A stretch of DNA of 64,000 bases, taken from a virus. Made by a program: the position numbers and the translations under genes. Below, piece after piece: positions 9,210 through 17,157 of this stretch. Every line of letters starts with the position of its first letter. The first letter of the stretch is position 1. The notes under the pieces are model-generated. The model made no database searches, was not told the DNA's origin, and worked only from the letters and a program-made list of their open reading frames with translations. Location of the stretch: positions 32,001 through 96,000 of IMG/VR virus record IMGVR_UViG_3300042882_000890. One strand, given 5' to 3'.

Positions 9210-9444
9210 GTATCTAAACCAAACTAGTATGCTAACAGATTTAGCAATAGCAGATGAAGTAGAACAAGTTATAGATAAAGTAAAAAACTATGACGGGGAA
9301 ACAATGGAGTTTATCTTACGAGAAACCGGACAGCATTATCAAATGCTACGCCAATTAGTAATGGGTATGGATTGGGAAGATGTTAAATATCTTGTCCAAG
9401 AAAGAATGGAATTAGATAAGAAAACTTTAAACGAGTTTTTATGA
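9202..9444 (+). CDS. hypothetical protein
   Basis: start moved to ATG 9202. Confidence 0.65.
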   Translation: MSKYLNQTSMLTDLAIADEVEQVIDKVKNYDGETMEFILRETGQHYQMLRQLVMGMDWEDVKYLVQERMELDKKTLNEFL

Positions 9445-9665
9445 GCAAAGAAAGCTTAATAATCAGCGGTGGAGAACTCTTTACTTTTTTGACAGATGAC
9501 GAAAGATGTACAAAAGAGCAGAGAACAGAGGTGCTATCTACAATAGAAAATATAGATAACACAGCCGGAAGAAAGTGGATTTTTTATCACGATTGGAAAG
9601 AGTACATCATTGATGAATACAACGAGCATAACGATTTTATTAAGTCTTATACCTTTAGAATATAA
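9441..9665 (+). CDS. hypothetical protein
   Basis: ATGA overlap with upstream gene. Confidence 0.65.
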   Translation: MSKESLIISGGELFTFLTDDERCTKEQRTEVLSTIENIDNTAGRKWIFYHDWKEYIIDEYNEHNDFIKSYTFRI

Positions 9666-9814
9666 CTATGCTGTTATGGATAATTTTGTTAATAAGTATT
9701 TTGTATTTGTTGACTAGGAAGGCGAATTAATTTGTAAATTTGCAGAATGATATTATATATAATCGGGGCTGTTATATTCTTTTGGATATACAGCAACACA
9801 AAAGACTAAAAATT

Positions 9815-10231
9815 ATGACGAGAATTTCAGTTGGTGTTAGAGCAGTAGAATTGTGTGATGCACACTTAATCAAAGAGAGAGTTGAATTAGTTAGGATTCC
9901 TAACGCAGTAAGAACAGGTAAAGCAGTAATCAAGGACATACCAAAAGAGTTTACTCTAGGTACCGGACACGTTAAGTTCTTCTACGATAAAATGGGATAC
10001 TTACATCAGCGATATATCGAATTGACAGAAGAGTGTATTACTAGAGGTTTTAACACCACAGATTTCTCAGATAGTTTTGAGGGCATTTCTCCCTCGCTGT
10101 GGAAAAATTACAATGAAACAACAAAAGACAGAAAAATAGTAGTTCAGAGAGTAAACGAAAGATTACTAGGTATGAAAAACCTAAAGTACAATCGTATGCC
10201 GGTAGAAGTCCAACAAGTTTTAATTAAGTAA
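9815..10231 (+). CDS. denV: pyrimidine dimer DNA glycosylase (T4 endonuclease V family)
   Basis: MTRI..., L.DAHL..E..EL.RI, FTLGTGHVKFFYDK, RGF match T4 DenV; start at ATG 9815. Confidence 0.9.
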   Translation: MTRISVGVRAVELCDAHLIKERVELVRIPNAVRTGKAVIKDIPKEFTLGTGHVKFFYDKMGYLHQRYIELTEECITRGFNTTDFSDSFEGISPSLWKNYNETTKDRKIVVQRVNERLLGMKNLKYNRMPVEVQQVLIK

Positions 10232-10232
10232 T

Positions 10233-10469
10233 ATGAAGACAGTAATCCACGTTAATCAGCACGTTGTAAAAGCTAACAAAAAGAACGGTACAGAAAATCC
10301 GGTTCTTACTTGTAAGACTTACAAAGAAAATATATATGCCAAAGAGATAGAAATCCTTGATGATAGTGGGAGCGTAGTAGCGAAAGTTATTTACAGCCCC
10401 GACAAACCGTTATCTTGTGGTGCTAGAGTTTGGATAGAAACTCACTACGAAGTGAGGGTAACAAAATAA
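10233..10469 (+). CDS. conserved hypothetical phage protein
   Basis: IHVNQH...PVLTCK...KPLSCGARVWIET. Confidence 0.75.
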   Translation: MKTVIHVNQHVVKANKKNGTENPVLTCKTYKENIYAKEIEILDDSGSVVAKVIYSPDKPLSCGARVWIETHYEVRVTK

Positions 10470-10777
10470 AAACTCGTTGCTAGATAGAAATCCTTTCAAA
10501 CTCTGAAATGTAGGTCGTTACTTTGGTCGTTTCGCTGTTGTCGTAGCAATGAGTAAGATATTCATAGTAGGCACAAAAAGTAATATGAGTGACAATCCGG
10601 AAAGACGGATTTAATTTTAAGTCTAATAGCGGTGATTATCACCGGTAACTATAAAAAGAATAAATTATGAAATTATTTGTATTAGGAGTTATAATCGGTT
10701 TTACGTTTGGCATTCTAGTAATTGGATTCTTGTGGGTAAAAACATTAAAAAAAGTTAGTAATCAAAAAAAGTAAATT

Positions 10778-11155
10778 ATGAAAACATTATTAAACGGGTT
10801 AAATCCCTTGTCTTTTAGAACAAAAGTATATATAGCTACCGCTATTGCATTTTTGTTGCTTCTAGTAGCTTGTATCTTACTCTACCGGAGTAATCAAAAC
10901 GCAAAGAACGAACTAAAAATAGACAAAGTAGAAAAAGAAAAAGAAGTAACAAAAGAAGAAGTAAAACAATGGAACGATAAAATCGATTCCCACAACAAAG
11001 AGTTCATAGAAACTCAAAAAGATTTAGTAAACAAAGCAAAAGAAGTTCGTAAAAACACAAAACCTAGTAAATTACCTAATTATGAAAAACCTGTTATCCA
11101 TTCTCGCAGTTACAATGATATGCTTGACACCTTGCTTATCGCACAGCCAAACTAG
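10778..11155 (+). CDS. membrane-anchored coiled-coil protein (i-spanin-like)
   Basis: single N-terminal TM helix followed by a K/E-rich coiled coil. Confidence 0.55.
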   Translation: MKTLLNGLNPLSFRTKVYIATAIAFLLLLVACILLYRSNQNAKNELKIDKVEKEKEVTKEEVKQWNDKIDSHNKEFIETQKDLVNKAKEVRKNTKPSKLPNYEKPVIHSRSYNDMLDTLLIAQPN

Positions 11156-11534
11156 AAGTTTAAATACTCCGGAGCGTGTCGAAGCACTCTACAAGATTAA
11201 CGAACAGCGTAAAGCATATTACAAACAGATTCAAGACTGTAAAAATCGCTACAATGCTGAAGTGTCTAAGTACGAAAAAGCATTAGATTCCATTACGAGT
11301 ATAGCGGTTCAAATGGGGGAGAAGAGTGAAGAGTTTGTATCACATAACCTAGACCTACAAGAGGGGCTATTAGGCTCTTTGAAGAAACAAGAGCAACAAG
11401 AGATTGAATTAGCTAAGCTAAAAGCTAAAAGGAAGAAGCGTTTTGGGGTAGGTCTTTACGGGGGGTATGATGCTTTTCACACAAATTGGAGTGCTGGGGC
11501 AAGTTTAAACTATAATCTTTTTTATCTGTTTTAG
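11082..11534 (+). CDS. secreted coiled-coil protein with C-terminal amphipathic beta-strands (o-spanin-like?)
   Basis: signal peptide; ends FGVGLYGGY...AGASLNYNLFYLF; overlaps previous gene. Confidence 0.5.
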   Translation: MKNLLSILAVTMICLTPCLSHSQTRSLNTPERVEALYKINEQRKAYYKQIQDCKNRYNAEVSKYEKALDSITSIAVQMGEKSEEFVSHNLDLQEGLLGSLKKQEQQEIELAKLKAKRKKRFGVGLYGGYDAFHTNWSAGASLNYNLFYLF

Positions 11535-11662
11535 TACATCTTATGAAAATAATCTATATGGAACAGACCTTAAAGCTTATAGCCAAGACACAAGGTGTCG
11601 AAGTAGCCAAAGCAATAGAAAAAACGGGGGAGATAAAATATCTAAAAGATGCTCCATATTTA

Positions 11663-11694
11663 GTTGTAGAATTAGAAAAGATTTTGTAACTTTG
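11663..11694 (+). promoter_or_regulatory. Bacteroidota sigma70-type promoter
   Basis: GTTG-N20-TAACTTTG. Confidence 0.7.
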
Positions 11695-11714
11695 CAGTCT
11701 TAATAAAAAACAAT

Positions 11715-12203
11715 ATGTCAGAAAAAGTATTAAAGGTATCCGACCTTGTAAAATTCTCGGAGAATGATTACCTAGAAACAAAAAAGACTCTAAAGGTAAT
11801 GGACGGTATGGTGCAAGAGTATGTAGGCAGTATTGATAACTTAGACCAGTTAGAAGACTTAAAGAAGAGGTTTAACGGGTACCTTGTATATCTAGCCGGA
11901 TATTACAGTAAAATTAGATGTTTTAGAGAAAACTTCGAGTACTTAGAGGCTCAGAGAAAGCGTATTAAAAGCGAGGCGATAGAAGACTTAATCAGAAATA
12001 GCGAAATAAAGCTAACTCAATCTGCCGCTGAGAAAGTTGTGTATTCACACCCGTATTACACAGAGCGAGTTAGTTTATTAGAACAGCTAAAAAGATTCTT
12101 CTACTTAACCGAATTTAGTTACAACAACTACCAAGACGTTCAGAGAAGTATCTATCAGAGTATATCAGTATTATCAAAAGAAAAACAATCAACAATATCA
12201 TAG
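11715..12203 (+). CDS. helical protein, possibly a UvsY-like recombination mediator
   Basis: size and all-helical coiled-coil pattern only. Confidence 0.4.
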   Translation: MSEKVLKVSDLVKFSENDYLETKKTLKVMDGMVQEYVGSIDNLDQLEDLKKRFNGYLVYLAGYYSKIRCFRENFEYLEAQRKRIKSEAIEDLIRNSEIKLTQSAAEKVVYSHPYYTERVSLLEQLKRFFYLTEFSYNNYQDVQRSIYQSISVLSKEKQSTIS

Positions 12204-12204
12204 T

Positions 12205-12636
12205 ATGGGAAGTGTAATGGGACACATAGAATGTCCAAGATGTAAAAGCGAAGAGTGTTTCGAGGATTATTATTACAAGACGGGGGAAGAGTATGTAAGC
12301 TGTCCGGATTGTGGTTATTCTAGGTCTTTTGTGTATGAGAGAGATGAAGAGGGGAATCTTATTAAAAAAGACGAGAGTAAAGGTTACGAGTTCGACAATC
12401 TAGTAGCAAAAGAAAATTTGTTGGAAGAACCTTTCGGGGCGTATATTATACGGTACAACAGTGGTGTTGGTTCGGGGGGAGCAATACCAACAGAAGACGA
12501 CTACAATATGTTTGTGTCAGACATAGTATCTTTGACCAATCAGCCAGACCATGAAATGGAGAGTGTAGTTGTCAGCAGATTTGTTGACGGGGAAATTAAA
12601 AAAGAAACAATATGGGAAACCGTTAATAAAGAATAA
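12205..12636 (+). CDS. zinc-ribbon protein
   Basis: CPRC...CPDCG. Confidence 0.7.
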   Translation: MGSVMGHIECPRCKSEECFEDYYYKTGEEYVSCPDCGYSRSFVYERDEEGNLIKKDESKGYEFDNLVAKENLLEEPFGAYIIRYNSGVGSGGAIPTEDDYNMFVSDIVSLTNQPDHEMESVVVSRFVDGEIKKETIWETVNKE

Positions 12637-12638
12637 TT

Positions 12639-13031
12639 ATGAAAAAGTTAATTTTATTTTTGCTGTTGGTTCTAACAATCAACACAACATTCGCACAAGA
12701 AACACCACAACAGTTCAGACGAGTTTATTCAGAAATAGCTATCATAAAAGGCGATGATGTTTCAAGAGCAAAATCTGAAAATACTATCCTTTTTAACTAC
12801 GGTAACGAGGCAGTAATAAAAATGTATATGGCAGACGGTTCTATTAGATACTTCGACCAAGTAGCAGAAAGAGGTGAGGGTAATACCGAGGGGGGTATGG
12901 GTTACAATGGTGCTATGTTTAAAGATAGATATCAAGGTATGACAGTTTACGTACAGCTTTTTGAAGACCGGCAATACGGTGTTAGGTTGATTTTTAAGAA
13001 TGGGGATATGATACAATTTTTTGAGTACTAA
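12639..13031 (+). CDS. secreted/periplasmic hypothetical protein
   Basis: signal peptide MKKLILFLLLVLTINTTFA-Q. Confidence 0.75.
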   Translation: MKKLILFLLLVLTINTTFAQETPQQFRRVYSEIAIIKGDDVSRAKSENTILFNYGNEAVIKMYMADGSIRYFDQVAERGEGNTEGGMGYNGAMFKDRYQGMTVYVQLFEDRQYGVRLIFKNGDMIQFFEY

Positions 13032-13312
13032 TGAAAAACATACACGTATTACCACAAGAAGAACCTAAACAAACAGATGAAAAAGGAAGACCTATGACTT
13101 ATTGGGGTGGATTAGAAGAACCTAAAAAAGAAACACTTGAAGAAGTTGCTGAAAATTTTTGGTTAAATGATGATTCTATGACTGATAATGACAGAATATC
13201 TTATGTAAATGGTTTCTTAGCTTGTGCTAAATGGCAACAAGAACAGATAGGTAAGTCAGAATTTCTACAAAGATTAAGAGCAACATTATCTGACACGTTT
13301 AAAAAGAAATAA
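13031..13312 (+). CDS. modular hypothetical protein (KETLEEVA / AKWQQE / FKKK family)
   Basis: shares motifs with ORFs at 13314, 21513 and 24166. Confidence 0.7.
   Translation: MKNIHVLPQEEPKQTDEKGRPMTYWGGLEEPKKETLEEVAENFWLNDDSMTDNDRISYVNGFLACAKWQQEQIGKSEFLQRLRATLSDTFKKK
13298..13312 (+). repeat. TTTAAAAAGAAATAA junction repeat (also 13632, 13739, 21921, 24617; 1-mismatch copy at 22305)
   Basis: 15-mer read directly at six gene boundaries. Confidence 0.8.
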
Positions 13313-13313
13313 G

Positions 13314-13646
13314 ATGAAACAAGAAACACCAAAAACATTCAAAGAATTGTTTGCCAACACAGGTATAGAACCAACAACAAATGAGAATGGTAACATACAA
13401 TATAATTTTAAAGCTACTATTAAAGAAAAATCTAAACAAGAAACACTTGAAGAAGTTGCTAAAAATTATGCAAACTATAATGAACAAATAAATAAAGCAG
13501 TACAAGAAGCAGTAAAATTTGGTTATAAATTAGGACAAGAAAAAAGTTATAGTGAAGAAGAAGTAATTAAGATTGTAGAAAAAAGCAGAGAAACAGGATT
13601 AACTGCTGAATTTTTACTTTTAACTGAACAATTTAAAAAGAAATAA
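13314..13646 (+). CDS. modular hypothetical protein (KQETLEEVA / YSEEEV / FKKK family)
   Basis: shared motifs. Confidence 0.7.
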   Translation: MKQETPKTFKELFANTGIEPTTNENGNIQYNFKATIKEKSKQETLEEVAKNYANYNEQINKAVQEAVKFGYKLGQEKSYSEEEVIKIVEKSRETGLTAEFLLLTEQFKKK

Positions 13647-13647
13647 T

Positions 13648-13743
13648 ATGGTAGAAGGTTATTGGAAAAAAGAAGATAGAGATGCGAGAATGTATTTTTA
13701 TTATGATGTTATTTTAGGATTAGTTTATTATTCAGGAATTTAA
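13648..13743 (+). CDS. 31-aa mini-ORF between two junction repeats
   Basis: MVEGYWKKEDRDARMYFYYDVILGLVYYSGI*. Confidence 0.45.
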   Translation: MVEGYWKKEDRDARMYFYYDVILGLVYYSGI

Positions 13744-13754
13744 AAAGAAATAAG

Positions 13755-14075
13755 ATGATAAAAAAATTAACGGGTGCAATACTAATGAGATTAGGCATCA
13801 AAAGAGCAGTAGCTCACGCAAACGTGGAAGTAAAAGGTTGGTCAGACCAAGCCTACAATTACCTACTAGATTACGCTACAAAACACTCACAGTTTATGGT
13901 GGAAGATGTACGGGAAGCATCTAAGGGTGTTATACCGGTTCCTCCAAGTACGAGAGCGTGGGGTGGAGTTGTTGTCCGAGCATCAAGAGCCGGAGTAATC
14001 AGAAGAAAGGGTTTCCAAAATGTTAAAAACACCAAGGCACATTGCACACCGGCAACTTTGTGGGAAGTAATCTAG
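13755..14075 (+). CDS. hypothetical phage protein, possibly winged-helix
   Basis: PPSTRAWGGV...G.I. Confidence 0.7.
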   Translation: MIKKLTGAILMRLGIKRAVAHANVEVKGWSDQAYNYLLDYATKHSQFMVEDVREASKGVIPVPPSTRAWGGVVVRASRAGVIRRKGFQNVKNTKAHCTPATLWEVI

Positions 14076-14080
14076 AAGTT

Positions 14081-14455
14081 ATGGAAAAAGAATTTATCCC
14101 TTACGCAGAAGCATTAGCATTAAAAGAATTAGGATTTGATGAACCTTGTTTTGCTTATTATGGTGAAATTAATGGTGGAGAAATTATGTTGTTTCTTAAA
14201 AAGAATTTTGATAATCAAGCATTATATTTTTTAGCACCACTTTACCAACAAGCATTTAGATGGTTTAGAGAGAAGTATGGTTTAGATAGTTGGGTATATA
14301 AATCAAGAGATTACGCTTATTTTTATTCTATACTTAAAGATAGTAGATATTTATCTCCAAGTATTGAATTTAATTCATACGAAGAAGCAGAACTTGAATG
14401 TCTCCGTAAATTAATAGAAATAGTAAAAGAAAAGTTTGCACAATTAAAAAATTAG
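14081..14455 (+). CDS. hypothetical phage protein (EFIPY..ALALKELGFDEPC family)
   Basis: start moved to ATG 14081. Confidence 0.7.
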   Translation: MEKEFIPYAEALALKELGFDEPCFAYYGEINGGEIMLFLKKNFDNQALYFLAPLYQQAFRWFREKYGLDSWVYKSRDYAYFYSILKDSRYLSPSIEFNSYEEAELECLRKLIEIVKEKFAQLKN

Positions 14456-14466
14456 TTGTAATTTTG
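14435..14466 (+). promoter_or_regulatory. Bacteroidota sigma70-type promoter
   Basis: TTTG-N20-TAATTTTG. Confidence 0.8.
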
Positions 14467-14491
14467 CACAGAATCTAAAAATATATAAAAA

Positions 14492-15565
14492 ATGAAGTTA
14501 TTAAGAGACATTCCTACAAGACATTTTGTAGCGATTGACATTGAGACAGTGAGAATTGTCGAGAAGTACGAGGACTTATCCGATGAGTGGAAGTCAGCGT
14601 GGGAGTACAAGAACAAACAGTCCGGAGAGGTGCCTTTCTTTGAGGAGTTGTCAGACAGTTGGGAAAAAACAGCATCTTTGTATGCGGAGTTCAGTAAAGT
14701 TTGTGCTGTCAGCGTGACGTTCTTATCTAAAAGTGAAGACAAATTACTTTGTAAAGAGTTCTTCGGTACGGAAGAGAGTGTACTATTATATCAGTTAGGA
14801 GAGTTTTTAAACCAAATCTCTGGTAGTAGCAAAGATTTCAGATTGGTAGGACATGCCGCTAAGTACTTTGATTACCCTTTCTTATGTAAAAGGTATATCA
14901 TCAACAGTCTAGTAATACCGACATTGCTAGATACAGCCCACTTAAAACCTTGGGAAAGCAGAAACCTTTGTACCAATGCAGACATTTGGAAAATGGGTGG
15001 TACGGGTGCCGGTAGTTCTTTACAAGCGTTGTGTACTTCCTTGGCAATCCCAATCAGTAAGGTTGATTTAGTTGGAGATGAGGTTGGTAATGCGTATTAC
15101 AGAGGAGAGGTAGAGAGAATTGCTCACTATTGTTCACTTGACACTATTGCTACGTTCAACGTAATTCGTAGAATTAAAGCAGAGAGAATCTTTCAGTTTG
15201 ATGAAGTATCTTACCTAGACAGAAAAGAAAAGTCTAATGTAGCCAAACCGGTTGCTAAAAAAGAAGCTGTTGCTAAAAAGACCGCTACTAAAAAAGAGGT
15301 TGCTGAGAAAAGAGAGCCGGAAGATGTGTTGTTTGAGAAGTTACCTATACTTCACAGAATCTTAAATGCCACGGAGATACTTCCGGAAACAAGACAAGAG
15401 TTAGAGGCTTTGTTAAAGAAGAAAAAGATGACTAAGAAAGACCGAGTTATCGTGGAAGACATATTAGTTAATCTGTATGTTAACAGCGAGATGTTTAAGT
15501 CTGACAAGCCGGAAGTAAAAGAGAGTAAAAAAGCCGAGATTAAAGAAATTTTAGATAGTATATAA
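14492..15565 (+). CDS. DnaQ-like (DEDDy) 3'-5' exonuclease
   Basis: ExoI AIDIET, ExoII GH....FDYPFL, ExoIII YCSLD. Confidence 0.8.
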   Translation: MKLLRDIPTRHFVAIDIETVRIVEKYEDLSDEWKSAWEYKNKQSGEVPFFEELSDSWEKTASLYAEFSKVCAVSVTFLSKSEDKLLCKEFFGTEESVLLYQLGEFLNQISGSSKDFRLVGHAAKYFDYPFLCKRYIINSLVIPTLLDTAHLKPWESRNLCTNADIWKMGGTGAGSSLQALCTSLAIPISKVDLVGDEVGNAYYRGEVERIAHYCSLDTIATFNVIRRIKAERIFQFDEVSYLDRKEKSNVAKPVAKKEAVAKKTATKKEVAEKREPEDVLFEKLPILHRILNATEILPETRQELEALLKKKKMTKKDRVIVEDILVNLYVNSEMFKSDKPEVKESKKAEIKEILDSI

Positions 15566-16257
15566 TGACAAAAGAAAAAATGCTAGACTTACCAAAAGTC
15601 TATGAGAACGAGGGTGGTAATTATCCTCAACACGTAAACAAGCCGAAACTATCTTACTCAGCCTACAATTCTTTTTGTGAGGAGAGTTACAAAGGGGAGT
15701 TCTTTGCTAATTACTTCTTAGGTATTCGAGGCGAGGGTAATATCTTCACGGAGTATGGAAGTAAGTGTGGAGAGTATTTAGAGAAGCTAGAGAAGTCAGA
15801 TTTATCAGAGTTCGACATCTCAGTCCTAGAAAAGATTGAACGCCCTGAGAATGCTCGTTATGAGGTAGAAGTTGTAATCGACAGAGGTTCTTACGTTATC
15901 CAAGGGTTTATTGACCAAGAGTACAAAACCATAAATGGGTTACTAGTAATCAAGGATTTAAAAACCGGAGCGATTGACAAAAAAGCCAAAGACTATGCTG
16001 GGGGAGATTACCAACAGACAACTCTTTATGCTCACCAAAGAACATTAGAGGGGGAGAATGTAGTTTATTCAGGAGTTATGCTTTTAGACCGCAAAGGAAA
16101 TGGTGCCGAAAAACACCCACTAAGACTTACTGGAGAGATTGCAGACATTCCTACACCTTATTCTAAAGAGAGAGCAGAAGAGTTCTTACAGAAGTTTGAC
16201 AAGGTAGCAAAGCAGATTGAAGAGTACCACAAAGTTTACAAAAAATATTTTAAATAA
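15565..16257 (+). CDS. PD-(D/E)xK (RecB/Cas4-like) exonuclease
   Basis: LSYS, GFID, DLKTG, Q..LYA motifs. Confidence 0.8.
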   Translation: MTKEKMLDLPKVYENEGGNYPQHVNKPKLSYSAYNSFCEESYKGEFFANYFLGIRGEGNIFTEYGSKCGEYLEKLEKSDLSEFDISVLEKIERPENARYEVEVVIDRGSYVIQGFIDQEYKTINGLLVIKDLKTGAIDKKAKDYAGGDYQQTTLYAHQRTLEGENVVYSGVMLLDRKGNGAEKHPLRLTGEIADIPTPYSKERAEEFLQKFDKVAKQIEEYHKVYKKYFK

Positions 16258-16259
16258 AG

Positions 16260-16291
16260 TTTGCAGGATTAAAAAATAAGTTGTACCTTTG
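16260..16291 (+). promoter_or_regulatory. promoter driving the RNA-gene cluster
   Basis: TTTG-N20-TACCTTTG followed by about 700 nt without a plausible ORF. Confidence 0.8.
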
Positions 16292-16308
16292 CAAAACAAA
16301 ATTAGAAC

Positions 16309-16970
16309 ATAACCTGTACCCCCGAAAAACTCGTATTAATGATAAGCAGGTTATCCCGACATAAAGGGGTAGGAGAATTAGGGAAAATAAAGATTATGAA
16401 TGTGGTGCGACTTCTGCACAGATAGCTTAAAAGTCAGTAAACGAGCAGATAACTGAACTGCCACACAATCTTTATCTGTGTAAATATAGTAAATAGACGT
16501 AAGGCAGAGGGTCTTGAGTTAAATCGGACATTCCCCCCTACATAGGTAGCACGGAATTTATTTTTTAAGGTTAAACATTCAAACCTTTGTAATAGACTGT
16601 TAGGGGTCTTTAAGACGGAGTGCTACTTTACATAAAAGAAGTATTTTGCTTTACATAAAAAATGTTAATAGGTTAAACATTGAATACCTTTGTAAACAAA
16701 AAGCCTGCCTTAATGAGGTCTGCGTTAAAAGACTTGGCTATAGTAGTCTGTTTACATAAAGATACATGCAGTAATGTATGAACGTGAGTTGCCTTGAGAA
16801 AGCAATAAATATTAAGAGTATTAAATTGATATACTACTCACGTAATGAGCCTCGGCAAGTAGTTAATCAGGTGTGAGTTCAGTAATCCTCCCAATTACAC
16901 ATCGAAAGGAGGTAGTTAACTACGTGACCCTACTCTTATGTCGCAAGACTATGGATAAGAAAGAGGGTGC
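16309..16970 (+). ncRNA. cluster of unclassified structured RNAs
   Basis: non-coding; many perfect helices and pseudoknots separated by A/T spacers. Confidence 0.6.
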
Positions 16971-16992
16971 TAAAATTTTAAATAAATAAAAA

Positions 16993-17157
16993 ATGAAAAA
17001 AGTATTTTTGGCATTAGCTGTTGTTATGGCGATTGCAGTTACAAGTTGTAAACCTGCACCGGCAGAAGTTACAGAAACTCCTACGACAGAAGTTGATACA
17101 CCAAGTGTGGATACAACAACAGTTGATACTACCACTACTGTAGATACAGCTGAGTAG
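16993..17157 (+). CDS. small Thr-rich lipoprotein (54 aa, not in ORF track)
   Basis: MKKVFLALAVVMAIAVTS-C lipobox; VDTT repeats. Confidence 0.8.
   Translation: MKKVFLALAVVMAIAVTSCKPAPAEVTETPTTEVDTPSVDTTTVDTTTTVDTAE

Noticed and set aside
16568-16760. CRISPR mini-array next to a Cas4-like nuclease
   Set aside because: Only two imperfect units with unequal spacing, and no cas1/cas2. The nuclease is an ordinary phage PD-(D/E)xK type without a Cys cluster.
16309-16970. RNase P RNA, group I/II intron or hammerhead ribozyme
   Set aside because: The diagnostic sequences (GAGGAAAGUCC, domain V, CUGAUGA/GAAA core) were not found by eye.
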